Assembly (NCBI RefSeq): GCF_009914755.1
Contig: NC_060937.1
DNA length: 64,000 nt
Source of the DNA: the human T2T-CHM13v2.0 reference genome, Homo sapiens
Direction: 5' to 3' (one strand)
Positions 1 through 15,000 of the stretch are shown here, in pieces. Numbering within the stretch: the stretch's first letter is position 1; each line of letters opens with the position of its first letter. Made by a program: the position numbers and the translations under genes. The notes beneath the pieces are model-generated. The model was not told the origin of the DNA. It searched no databases and saw only the letters and a list, made by a program, of their open reading frames with translations.

Positions 1-40
1 GGAACCTCCTCCTTCTAATGGCCTTCCAATTAATGATTTT

Positions 41-325
41 TCTTTTTTTTTGAGACAGAGTCTTGCTCTGTCACCGAGACGGGTGTTCAGTGGCACAATC
101 TTGGCTAACTGCAACCTCCACCTCCTGCCTCCCAGGTTCAAGCAATTCTCCTATCTCAGCCTTTCAAGTAGCTGGGATTACAGGTGCGCACCCACCATGC
201 CCAGCTAATTTTTGTATTTTTAGTAGAGACAGGGTCTCACCAGGAGAACTCCTGACCTCAAATAATCCACCTGCCTTGGCCTCCCAAAGTCCTGGGGTTA
301 CAGGCGTGAGCCACCAAGCCCGGCC
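41..325 (-). mobile_element. AluS with a short internal deletion
   Basis: Alu consensus; TSD ttaatgatttt. Confidence 0.93.
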
Positions 326-557
326 CCAGTTAATGATTTTAACAGTATTGTGGAAGAGACTGGGGCTGTGTCCTGTGTTCCACATCAGCTATAACTTTTC
401 TTAAGGCCCATATTTTTTAATGAATTCTTTTATTTTTATTTCTTCTGTACAAAAGGAGACAAGTAGCTGTAAGGCTGTTCCCCACGTAAAGTTTCTCTTC
501 CCTCTGCCAAAGGGATAAATTGCTTGCTGGAAATAATAAATGTATTGCCTTTCAGGC

Positions 558-933
558 TGTATTAGACCATTCTCACACTGTTATTAAGAACTTCCATGAG
601 ACTGGGTAATTTATAAAGGAAAGAGGTTTAATTGACTCACAGTTCCATGTGGCTGGGGAGGCCTCAGGAAACTTACAATCATGGTGGAAGGCAAAGAGGA
701 AGCAAGCACCTTTTTCACAAGGTGGCAGGAGAGAGAAGGAGTGCAAGAAGGGGGAAGAGCCCCACACTCATCGAACAGCCAGATCTCTTGAGAATTCATT
801 CATTCACTATCATGAGAACAGCATGGGGGAACCTGGACCCATGATCTAATCACCTCTCACAAGGTCCCTCCCTTGATTATGAGGATTACAATTCGAGATG
901 AGATTTGGGTGGGGACACAGCCAAACTTTATCA
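558..933 (-). mobile_element. MST/THE1-type MaLR solo LTR
   Basis: tgtattag...tatca termini, 5-bp TSD caggc. Confidence 0.9.
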
Positions 934-1262
934 CAGGCCCATATCTTTTGCCTCTTGGAACCAAAGTGTCTGAGTAGCTTCTGTCACCAACCAGCACATA
1001 TCATCGTTCTTGTTGCAAACACGGTATTTGGGTTTTGCACCACAGGATATGTCTCTAATCTTGGAGGAGTATCTTGCCACATTTTTTTGAGGTGTGCAGT
1101 AGCAGGCATTCTCTTCTGATTCCTCTACTGTTTGTCATCCCTCCTATTTACTTTGGGATTTGAGTTTCAACACTTTCCTATATTTTGTAATTTGCTTTCC
1201 CCCTTTTCATTATATTGTTGCTTTGGGTAATTTCCAAGAAAGAAAGTGAGAAATGCTGACTT

Positions 1263-1823
1263 TGAGACAGAATAGGATGAGGCTCAGCCCACATCCCCAC
1301 TAACACATTTTTCTTTTCCATATCTGCCGACTACCAGACTTTGCACCACCACCTCCACTGGCATTATAACCTCTGACTGGGAGATCTTGAAGAAACTAAG
1401 ATAAGCAGCATTCCACCATAAATCTTACTCAAGACACTTAACCCTATCCATGGCATGCACACAAGACCAGAAAAATGACTGATCCTCATTATAATACTAA
1501 AATCTCTGCCCAAGGAGGGGCTTATCCACCATTTTTTTGATCATGCAATGTATGTACTAACATGATTTCTCACTGTGCCTGCACACCCTGCATGCTTAAC
1601 CCTGCACATGCAATGACGTTCACATACCTCATGCTTATTCATGTCACCCTTCTTAAAGCACCAAAAAGACCTGCCCTCGGGGAGCCCCTCGGAGAATTTC
1701 TTCTTCCTGTACTGTATCTCTTGTGCTGGAGCATAAGCCCCAATAAAGCCTTGTCAGGGAAACTTTCTCAGCCTCATGCTAGTTTCTATTAAATGACAGT
1801 TTATGAACCTGTGGGCAGTGACA
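1263..1823 (+). mobile_element. ERV1-class solo LTR, family not identified
   Basis: TG...CA termini, AATAAA at 1742, 4-bp TSD actt. Confidence 0.7.
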
Positions 1824-1859
1824 ACTTGACACAGCCATCCTCAAAATAGAAATTTGGAT

Positions 1860-3200
<1,341 letters not shown>

Positions 3201-3224
3201 TGTTATGAGTAATTTAGAAATACA

Positions 3225-3514
<290 letters not shown>

Positions 3515-4019
3515 AGAAATACATTTTTACTTTCCATACTTTGTCTTGGAAGAATTTGATTATTGTTGACTTCCAATTTATGCATTATGGTCAAAGAAGA
3601 TAGAACATATAATAACCATTCTTAGAATTTTGTAAAAATTCTCTGTGAACTAGTATTTGGTAGATTTTGTAAGTGTTCCATAAGTACTGGAAAAAAAAAT
3701 GTTTCCTATTTCCTAGGCAGATGATTATCATCTCTCTTTCCTTATCTACACATATAACTGTTAGATAAAGTATTAGAGAAACTTATTAAATTTTGGTTCA
3801 AATTTTCTAGGACTCTCTAAGGATATTCTAATTCTTACTAACATTTTTGTATGAACTTGGTCTAAAGAGTTTTTAATAGTGGTATGTTAAAAACAAATGT
3901 CTTCCAATTATTCTCTCACTTTGTGTTTTAGCATTTATCCCAACAATTAGGTTCTTTTAAATATTTTTTCTGAATTTTAGGGACTAACTTTTTAAATTTC
4001 CAAGATTATTTACTAATTA

Positions 4020-4455
4020 TTGCAGTGGGTAGAATAGTATTTTCCCCTTCTCTCATTCATGTCCACCCAGAACATCAGTATGTGGCTTTATCTGGAAATA
4101 GGGCCTTTGTAGATGTACTCAGTTAAGGACTGTGAGGAGATCATACTGCATTAGGTAGGCCCTAAATCTAGTGACTGGTATTCTTATCAGAAAAAGAGAG
4201 AACACACAGACAGACACATTAGGAAGAACATCATGCAAAGATGGAAAAAGAGATTAGAGTGATGCAGCTACAAGCTAAAGAATGCCAAGGATTGTCAGGA
4301 ACCACCTGAAACTAGGAAGAGACAATGAAGGGTTTTCTTTTTCCAGAGCCTATCAGTATCTTGATTTTGGACTTCTAGTTTCCAGAACTATGAGACAATA
4401 AATTTATCTAAACTCTGTTTGTGGTAATTTACTATGGCAGCCCTAGGATGTTAAT
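4020..4455 (+). mobile_element. MLT1 LTR
   Basis: ggaaatagggcctttgtagatgta, gaatgccaagg, gacttctagtttccagaactatgagacaataaattt. Confidence 0.8.
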
Positions 4456-5788
4456 TATTTTTTACATCTACCTGTTCTTAGTGTGTTTATACAGGCTTTG
4501 TTCCATACTTCTTTCTTGTATTTACAGATGTTATTTCTTTATCTATGTCTGTCAGCATCCTTAGTCTATATAATTAATTTCATCTTAGTGAGTTCAGGTT
4601 CAACTGGTTTGCTGCCTGTCTTTCTTAGCATTAGCATTCTTGATATGTTTTGAAATGTTATTTTGCAGTATCATTTTGAGTTGAAAGGTATGTTTTTGTT
4701 TATTTTCATTTTTGTTTTCCCACTTTTCTTTCTCTCTGTACTCACTCTTTCCTATCTTATAATGGTGCTTCCAGGCTGATACTACAGAACCAGTCAAGAG
4801 CAGGTTGATTCCCCCTTCCTAGGTTTCTACAATTCCATGTAAACAAGCAGCCATAATACGGCTGTGCTGGTGATGGTGTCAAGCAGAAAGGAGAACATAA
4901 TTACTTTTGGTGCCTTTCTAGATCTAAGTCATAGGCCAGCTTTCCCGGGGCTTCTGCTTGCACGAGACTAACGTGTTTTGTTGTTGTTGTTGTTGTTGTT
5001 TGTTTGTTTCTGTTTCTAGTCTATAGAAATATTTATCTTGGCTTAGACTCTAGCTAGGTCCTTTTGTTTGTTTTCTCATTTTAGTTGACATATTGCTATG
5101 AATTTGTAATAGAGGTCCAACAAGCGAATCTTTTGTGCCCTCTTGCCAGTTGATCCTTCCAGAGCCTAAATAGCTGTCAAAAATATTTTAGGCTATACTT
5201 TTATAATTAACTGAATGAAGATAAGCTGATAAAATAAAGCATTATTTACTCCACTAGGAAAAGCAGCATAATCCCTGGAGAAATCTGATTTATCAGTATC
5301 CTTTATTTAGTTTTTTCCATAACAGCATATAAAACTTTAATGATATTTTCCTCTAGTTTTAGTATCTGTTTTCAGTATGGTTTGTTACACTTAAAACATG
5401 AAGAAATGGAGTCACCAATTTAAGAGAAAATTTACGTGCTAAAGTTAGGTTAAGTGGTATGGTAGTGAAATAAATTTTGTTTTCTGATTTCTGGATTAGC
5501 TTCTAGCTGTTTAGCAATTTACAACAAAGTGGTCTTTTCTATTAAAATTTATTTTTTGTATATTTTCTATGTTCTCAAAACTATGCATTTCATTATGGTA
5601 TTATTATTTTAAGAACAAGGAAACAAAATCTATAGCATTTGAATTACATGATTCAGTAATTTCATGAAATTAACTATGACATTCCTATTTTTAAAACTAT
5701 CTGTTTAGGTTTCTCCTAATCCAAAAGCAGAATTGGCCTTCAGTGACCCCTGGTGGTTATAGATATGCATTTTGCATTGTCTATGTTC

Positions 5789-5819
<31 letters not shown>

Positions 5820-6459
5820 GTGCTGTAGCTATAGAAATAGCTTGAACAAGAGGTCTGGAGTCATTGCTCTGGCTGGGACTAGATGGATAATCCTTAAAAG
5901 TGAGCTCCAATATTCTCTGGATTATATTGCATTTCCACTTCTCAAAGACTGTTCTCAAAGTTATTGTCTTCATACTGCAACACTAAGGTTCCCTATTGAT
6001 CATTGCCATTGTCAAATATACTATCTAATCTCTTACCATTAAAAAATTTAAAAAAAAAACCTTTTCTTGACCTTCACCCTTCCCTGAGTAGAGCCCCACT
6101 GCTTGCTGCCTTTCAGGCAATACTCTTTTAAATAACAAACAACAACAACAACACAACTTTATTACTTTATTATGAAAATTTGCCAACACACAGTTATCAC
6201 TATTTTGCTATTTTCTACTACAATTTTTAAAATTTTATGGTAAAAATAGAAAAAATTTACTATATTAACCAATTTTGAATGTACAGTTGTTAAAAATACT
6301 TCTTGAGTTGTATTTGCTGTGTGCAATTTATCACCTCTCATTTAGTCTTCTATCAACTCTTATTTGACTTTTCTTCTCAGTCCTCCCCTAAAACTGCTCT
6401 ATCGAGGTCACCGACCCAGAGGTCAATGCTTAATTCTCATCTTACTCAGTCTTACTCAG

Positions 6460-7248
6460 TGATATGGTTTGGATCTGTGTCCCCACCCAAATCTCACGTC
6501 GAATTGTAATCCCCAGTGTTGGAAGCAGGCTCTGGTGGGAGGTGATTGGATCATGGGAGTGGGTTTCTCCCATAGGAAGTAGTTTAGCACCATCCTCCTA
6601 GCGCTGTACTCATGATAGAGTTCTCACAAGATCTGGTTGTTTAAAAGTGTGTAGCACTTCCCCCCCTCCCTATTCCTCCTGCTCTGACCATGTGAAGTGC
6701 TGGCTCCCCCTTTGCCTTCCACCATGATTGCAAGTTTCCTGAGATCTCCCCAAAAGCCGAGAAGATGCCAGCATCATGCTTCCTGTACAGCCTGTGAAGC
6801 CATGTGATATGGTTTGGCTCTGTGTCCCAACCAAATCTCATCTTATAGCTCCCATAATTCCCACATGTTGTGGGAGGGACCCAGTGGGAGATGACTGAAT
6901 CATGGAGGCGGGTCTTTTCGGTGCCGTCCCTGTGATAGTGAAAGGGTCTCAGGAGATCTGATGGTTTTAAAAATGGGAGTTTCTCAGCACAACCTCTCTT
7001 CTTGCCTGCCGCCATCCACATAAGATGTGACTTGCTCCTCCTTGCCTTTCACCTTCTGTCATGATTGTGAGGCCTCCCCAGCCACGTGAAACTGTAAGTC
7101 TTCTTTTGTAAATTGCCCAGTCTTGAGTATGTCTTTATCAGCAGTGTGAAAATGGACTAATACACCATGAGTCAATTAAACTTGTTTTGTACATAAATTA
7201 GCCAGTCTAAGGTATTTCTTTATAGCTATGCAAGAACGGACTAACACA
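6460..7248 (+). mobile_element. MST solo LTR containing a nested THE1 solo LTR (6805-7164)
   Basis: Two tgatatggtttgg starts; inner LTR bounded by TSD ccatg, outer by ctcag/ctcat. Confidence 0.9.
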
Positions 7249-7508
7249 CTCATTCACTCCTCCTTCTTGAACTGCTTTCTTCTTATATTCTATGGTGCTG
7301 CACTCTCCTGGTTTCCCTGCTACATTTTGGCCAACTCTGCAGTCTCCTCCTCCCTCAGTATACTTTCAAATGTGTGATATCTCAGGGCTCTGTCCTGGGC
7401 ATTCTTCACACATTCTCTTCCAGCAATCTCATCCAATCACATGACTCCCAACTTCATAGTTCCAGCCCATTCTGTTCTCTGAACTCCACACTCAAAAATC
7501 CAGTTGTC

Positions 7509-7868
<360 letters not shown>

Positions 7869-8904
7869 CTACTTTGATATCCAAGAGGCATTTCAAGTAT
7901 AACATGACTAAAAAGGAACTTAATTTTCATCCTCCAAAAGAGCTCCTCTGTCCTTCTTTACACCTCCTCATGTCAGGAAATGACACCAGTTAGTTACTTG
8001 GACCAAATCTAGGAATTATTTCTGATTCCTCACTTGTTCCCACCCCCATCTATCCCATTTATTACCATCATAATACATACCAAATCTGTTTGCTTCTCTC
8101 CACTTCCATCTCTGCTGTTACCACCACATAATTTGAGACATCATCATCTTTTACCCTAACTCCTAACTGGGCACACTGCAATAGCCCCCTAACTCCTAAC
8201 TGGGCACACTGCTTATCCTTCTACAATCCATTTTTCATACAGCAGCCAGAATGATACCTTTAAAACTAAATCTGATATACCCACAAAAACTTAAAATTAA
8301 AAAAACCTGGCCTTATATTCCTGTGATAAATCCCACTTGATCCTGAGGTGTTATCATTTTAATGTATTGCTGGGTTTGATTTGATAATATTTGTTAAGGA
8401 TTTTTGAAAATAGGTTCATGAGGTATAGTGATCTGTAGTTTTCTTGTAATGTCCTTGACTGGTTTTAGTATTGAGGTAATACTGAACTCATAAAATAAGT
8501 TGGCAAACAATTTATCTTCTGCTTATGGAAAAGTTTATGTAGGATTTGTATCCATTCTTCCTTAAAAGTATATGTTGGATTTGTATTAATTCTTCCTAAA
8601 TAAAAATGTTAGAATTTTCCATTGCAATAAACTGGGCCTGCAGTTTTCTTTGTTAGGAAAAAAAGGAAAAAAAAAACAACCCTAAATCTGTTAGCCCTTT
8701 GCTTAAAACTCTCTGGTGGCTTCCCATTTTCAATAGAATAAGATTAAAACCCCCTTTTAACAGCTTTAAAGGCACTACACGATCTGGTTGCTGCCTACCT
8801 CCTGACATCATGTTACACAACTGTCCCCAGATTACATTGTAAAACTCTATTCCTAAACCACACTTAAGTTTGTTTCTATTTCAAAGACTTTGCATTTGTG
8901 ATTT

Positions 8905-9064
8905 AGGTCTCCAACCTTTTTGGCACCAGGAATCAGTTTCGTGGAAGACAATTTTTCCAAGGGGAGGGCATGGTTTGGGGATGAAACCGTTCCACCTCAG
9001 ATCATCAGGCATTAATTAGATTTTCATAAGTAGTGTACAACCTAGATCCATTGTATGCACAGTT
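8905..9064 (+). mobile_element. MER1 (hAT-Charlie) left-half fragment
   Basis: ccaacctttttggcaccagg...gtggaagacaatttttcc; homologous to the complete copy at 51534-51880. Confidence 0.85.
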
Positions 9065-12000
9065 CTCGGTAGTGGTTGTACTAATTTACATTCCCACCAA
9101 CAGTGTAGGAGGGTCCCCTTTTCTTTACATCCTTGCCGGCATTTATTATTGCCTGACTTTTGGGTAAAAGCCATTTTAACTGGGATGAGATGATATATCA
9201 TTGTAGTTTTGATTTGCATTTCTCTGATATTCAGTGCTGTTGAGCACATTTTCATATGCCTGTTTGCCATTTGTATGTCTTCTTTTGAGAAATGTCTATT
9301 CAAATCTTCTGCCCATTTTTAAATTGGATTATTAGATTTTTCCCTATTGAGTAGCTCCTTATATATTCTGGTTTTTAATTCCTTGTCAGATGAATAGTTT
9401 GTAAATATTTTCTCCCATTCTGTGGTTGTATCTTCACTTTGTTGATTGTTTCCTCTGCTGTGCATAAGTTTTTTTTAACTTGATATGATCCAATTTGTCC
9501 ATTGTTGTTTTGGTTGCCTGTGCTTGTAGGGTATTACTTAATAAATTTTTGCCCAGATCAGTGTCCTGAAGAGTTTCCCCTGTGTTTTCTTGTAGTAGTT
9601 TAATAGTTTAAGGTCTTACATTTAAGTATTTAATCCATTTTTATTTGGTTTTTTTATAAGGCAAGAGATAATAGTCAAGTTTCATTCTTCTGCAAAGGAT
9701 ATCTGGTTTTCTCAGCATCATTTATTGAAGAGATTGTCTTTTCCCCAGTGTAAGTTCTTGGCACTTTTGTCAAAAACGAGTTCACTATACATGCGTGGAT
9801 TTGTTTCTGGCCTCTCTATTCTGTTCCATTGGTCTAGGCGTCGTGTTTTTATGCCAATGCCCTGCTCTTTTGGTTCCTATAGCTCTGTAGTATAATTTGA
9901 AGTCAGGTAATGTGATTCCTCCAGTGTCATTGTTTTTGCTTAGGATAGCTTTGGCTATTCTGTTCCTTTGTGATTCCATATAAATCTTAGATTTTTTTTT
10001 TCTATTTCTGTGAAGGATGTCATTGGTATTTTGATACAGATTGCACTGAATCTGCAAATTGCTTTGGGTAGTATGGACATTTTTACAATATTGATTTTTC
10101 CAGTCCATGAACATGAAATATCTTTTCATTTTTTGTGTCTCCTCTTCAATTTATTTCATCAGTGTTTCATAGTTTTTATTGTAGAGATCTTTGACTTCTA
10201 ATTCCTAGGTATTTAATTTTGTTTGTGGCTATTGTAAATGAGATTTTTTAAAATTTCTTTTTCAGATTGTTTGCTATTGGCATTTAGAAATGCTACTTAT
10301 TTTTGTATGTTGATTTTATATTCTGCTACTTTACTGAATTTATCAATTCTAATGGTTTTTTGGTGGAGTCCTTAGGTTTTTTAAAATATAGGATATCATC
10401 TGAAAACAAGGATAATTTCACTTCTTTTCCAGTTTGGATGCCCTTTCTTTCTTTCTCTTGTCTGATTACTGTAGCTAGAACTTTCAGTAGTATGTTGAAT
10501 AATGGTGGGCATCCTTGTGTTCCAGTTCTTAGAGGAAAGGCTTTCAGTATTTCCACATTCAGTATGATACTAGTTTGGGTCTGTCATATGGCTTTTATTA
10601 TTTTGAGCTATGTTCCTTCTATACTTAGTATTTTGAGGGTTTTTATCATGAAGGGATGTCGAACTTTATAAAATGCTTTTTCAGCATCCATTGAAATGAT
10701 CATATGGTTTTTGTCCTTTATTCTGTTGATATGCTGTATCACACTCATTGATTTGCATATGTTGAACCATCCTTGCATCCCTGGGATAAATCCCACTTGG
10801 TCATGATGAATGATCTTTATAATGTATTGTTGAATTCAGTTTGCCAGTATTTTGTGGAGGATTTTTGCATTGAAACTAATCAGAGATATTGGCCTGTGGT
10901 TTTCTTTTTTTAATGTGTTTTTGTCTGGCTTTGGTATCAGGGTAATACTAGCCTTGCAGAATGAGTTTGAAAATATTCCCTCCTCTTCTATTTTTTGAAA
11001 CAGTTTGACTAGGATTGGTATTAGTTCTTCTTTTCATGTTTGATAGAATTCAGCAGTCAAGTCATCAGGCCCCAGGCTTTTCTTGGCTGGGAGGCTTTTT
11101 ATTGTGGCTTTGATCTTGTAACTTATTATTGGTCTGTTCAGGTTTTAGTTTTCTTCATGGTTCAATCTTGGTAGGTTGTATGTGTGTAGAAATTTCATTT
11201 CTTTTAGGTTTTCTAATTTATTGGCACATAGTTGTTCATGGTACCCTCTAATGATCCTTTGAATTTCCCCAGTATATGCTTATAACATCTCCTGTTTCAT
11301 CTCTGGTTTTATTTATTTGGGTCTTTGCTCCTTTTTTCCTAGTCTGGCTAAAGGTTTGTCAATTTTATCTTTTCAAAGAAACTAACTTTTCATTTTGTTG
11401 ATATTTTGTGTTGCTTTCTTCATTTCAATTTATTTCTGCTCTAATATTTATTATTTCTTCTACTAACTTTGGGTTCAGTTTGCTCTTACTGCTCCAGTTC
11501 TTGAAGATGCATTGTTACGTTGGTTTATTTGAAGCTTTTCTTCTTTTCTGATATAGGTACTTATAGCTATACACTTCCTTCTTAGTATCACTGTACCCCA
11601 TAGGTTTTAATATGTTGTGTTTTCATTATTGTCTGTTTCAAGAAAATTTTCAGTGTTCTTCTTAATCTCTTCATTGACCCACTGGTCATTCAGGAGCATA
11701 TTGTTTAACTTCCATGTGTTTGTATAGCTTCCAAAATTCCTCATTATTGATTTCTAATTTTATTCCATTGTGGTCAGAGAAAATGCTTGATATGATTTCA
11801 ATTTTTTGAATGTTTTAAGACTTGTTTTATACCTAACTTATGGTCTATCCTTGAGAATGATCCATGTGCTGAGGAATAGAATGTGTATTCTGCAGCCACT
11901 GGATGAAATGTTCTGTAAGTATCTATTAGGACCATTTATTTGGTCTATGATGCAGATTAAGTCTGATATATCTTTGTTGATTTTCTGTGTGGAAGATCTG

Positions 12001-15000
12001 TCCAGTGCTGAAAGTGAGGTGTTGAAGTCTCCAGCTATTATTGTATTGGGGTCTGTCTCTCTCCTTAGCTCCAATAATATTTGCTTTATACATCTGGGTC
12101 CTCCAGTGTTAGGTGCATGCATATTTACAAGTGTTATATCTTCTTGCTGAATTGACTCCTTTATCATTATATAGTGACCTTCTTTGTCTCTTATGGCTTT
12201 TGTCTTCAGATCTATTTTATCTGATATAAGTAATGCAATTCCTGCTCTTTTTTGGTTTTCATTTGCATGAAATATCTTTTTCCATCCCTTTATTTTCAGT
12301 CTATATGTGGCTTTATAGGTGAAGTGTTTTTCTTGTAGGCAACAGATCATTGTGTCTTGTTTTTATTTTTTTTAATCCATTCAGCCACTCAATACCTTTT
12401 GATTGAAGAGTTTAGTCCATTCACATTCAGTGTTATTATTGATATGCAATAACTTACTCCTGCCATTTTATTTGTTTCCTGGTTGTTTTGTGGCCTTTTA
12501 TTCCTCCTTTCTTTCCTTCCTTTCTTTCTTTCAGTGAAGATAATTTCCTCTGGTGGCAGGTTTAATTTCTTGCTTATTTTTTGTATATCTGTTATATGCT
12601 TTTTGATTTGAGGTTACTATGAGGCTTGTAACTACTATCTTATAACCCATTACTTTAAGCTGATAATAACACTGTTTACATAAACAAACATTTAGGCAAA
12701 AACTAATAAAAACTCTACACCTTAACTTCATCCCCCAGCTTTTTAACTTTTTGTTGTTTCTATTTATATCTTACTGTACTATGTCTTGAAAAGTTGTTGT
12801 AGTCATTATTTTTATTGGTTCATCATTTAGTCTTTCTACTTGAGTAGTTTACACATGCCAGTTACAGTATTATAATAGTCTGTGTTTTTCTGTGTACTTA
12901 CTATTACCAGTGAGTTTTGTACCTTCAGATGATTTCTTTTGCTCATCAACATCATTTTCTTTCTGATTAAAGTACCCCCTTTAGCATTTCTTGTAGGACT
13001 GGTATGGTGTTCATGAAATCCCATGGATTTTATTTGCCCAGGAAAGTCTTTATTTCTCCTCATGGTTCAAGGATAGTTTCACTGGATATATTATTCTAAG
13101 GTCATTTTTTTTCCTTTAGCACTTTAAATGTGTCATGCCACTCTCTCCTTGCCTGTAAGGTTTCCACTGAGAAATCTGCTGCCAGACATATTAAAGCTCC
13201 ATTGTATGTTATTTGTTTCTTTTCCCTTGCTGTTTTTAGGATCCTTTGTTTATCCTTGACCATTGGGAGTTTGACTGTTAAATGCCTTGAGGTAGTCTTT
13301 GGGTTAAATCTGCTTGGTGATCTATAATCTTTTTATACTTGAGTATTGATATTTTTGTCTAGGTTTGGGAGGTTTTGGGAAGTTCTCTGTTTTTATCCCT
13401 TTGAACAAACTTTCTACCCGCCCCCCACCACCATCTCTTTAGGGCCAATAACTCTTAGATTTTCCCCCTTGAAACTATTATCTAGATCCTGTAGGTGTGC
13501 TTCATTCTTTTTTATTCTTTTTTTCTTTTGTCTCTTCTGAGTGTATATTTTCAAACAGCCTGTCTTCAAGCTATTATTTTCTTCTGCTTGATCAATTCTG
13601 CTATTAAGAGACTCTGATGCCTTCAGTATGTTGATTGCATTTTTCAACTCCAGAATTTCTGCTTTTCACTTATTTCAATTTCGTTGTTAAATTTATGTGA
13701 TAGGATTCTAAGTTCCTTCTCTCCATTATCTTGTATTTCTTTGAGTTTCCTCCAAACAGCTATTTTGAATTCTCTGTCTGAAAGGTAACATATCTCTGTC
13801 TCTCTGGGATTCGCCCCTGGTACCTTGTTTAGTTTGTTTGCTGAGGTCATGCTTTCCTGGATGACTTGGTGCTTGTGGATGTTTGTTGGTGTCTGGGCAT
13901 TGAAGAGTTAGGTATTTATTGTAGTCTTCACAGTAGGGCTTGTTTGTAGTCATCCTTCTTGGGAAGGCATTCCAGGTATTCAAATGGGCTTGGATGTTGT
14001 GATCTAAGTTTTTGGTCACTGCAGCCATATCTGCATTAGTGGGCCCCTAAATGCAGTAATATTGTAGTTCTTTCATACACATAGAGGTACTGCTTTGGTG
14101 GTCTTGGATAATACCCGAAAGAATTATCTGGATTACTGGGCAGAGACTCTTGTTCTTTTTCCTTGTTTTTGCCCAAACAGAATCAGTCTGTCTCTCTCTC
14201 TCTATCTCTCTCTGTTGAGCTACCTTATCGGGGGAACCGCCCCCAATATTTCAATGTAGGTTCTTTCTATTTTCCCTAAGTGTCGGCCAGCTGAGAAATA
14301 GAGAAAGATTACAAAGAGAGGAATTTTACAGCTTGGCTGCTGGGGGTGACATCACATATTGGTAGGACCGTGATGCCCCGCTGGGCCTCAAACCGTCAAG
14401 TTTTTTATTAAGTGTTTTAAAAGGCGAGGGGGTGTAAGAACAGGGAGTAGATCACATGCTTCAAAGGGCAAAAAGGAGAACTACTGATAAGGGTCTATGT
14501 TCAGTGGTGCATGTATTGTCTTGATAAACATCTTAAATAACAGAAAACAGGGTTCGAGAGCAGAGAACCGGTCTTACCAGGCCTGGGTCTTTCCCCATCC
14601 TAGTAAGCCTCAGGGTACTGCAGGAGACCAGGGCGTATCTCAGTCCTTACCTCAACTGCATAGGACAGACATTCCCAGAGCGGCCGTTTATAGACCTTCC
14701 CCCAGGAATGCATTCCTTTCCCAGGGTATTAATATTAATATTCTTTGCTAGGAAAAGAATTTAGTGATATCTCTCCTACTTGCACGTCCATTTATAGGCT
14801 CTCTGCAAGAAGAAAAATATGGCTCTTTTTGCCCAACCCTGCAGGCAGTCAGCCCTTACTGTTGTCTTCCCTTGTTCCCTAAAAATCGTGGTTATTCTGT
14901 TCTTTTTCAAGGTGCACTGATTTCATATTGTTCAAACACACGTTTTACAATCAATTTGTACACAATTGTCACAATGGTCCTGAGGTGATGTACATCCTCA

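Noticed and set aside
63-404. Alu-derived ORFs here and at the other Alus
   Set aside because: Standard Alu translation artefacts
9016-14028. Reverse transcriptase/endonuclease-like ORFs
   Set aside because: Short frameshifted L1 ORF1/ORF2 remnants, not an active element
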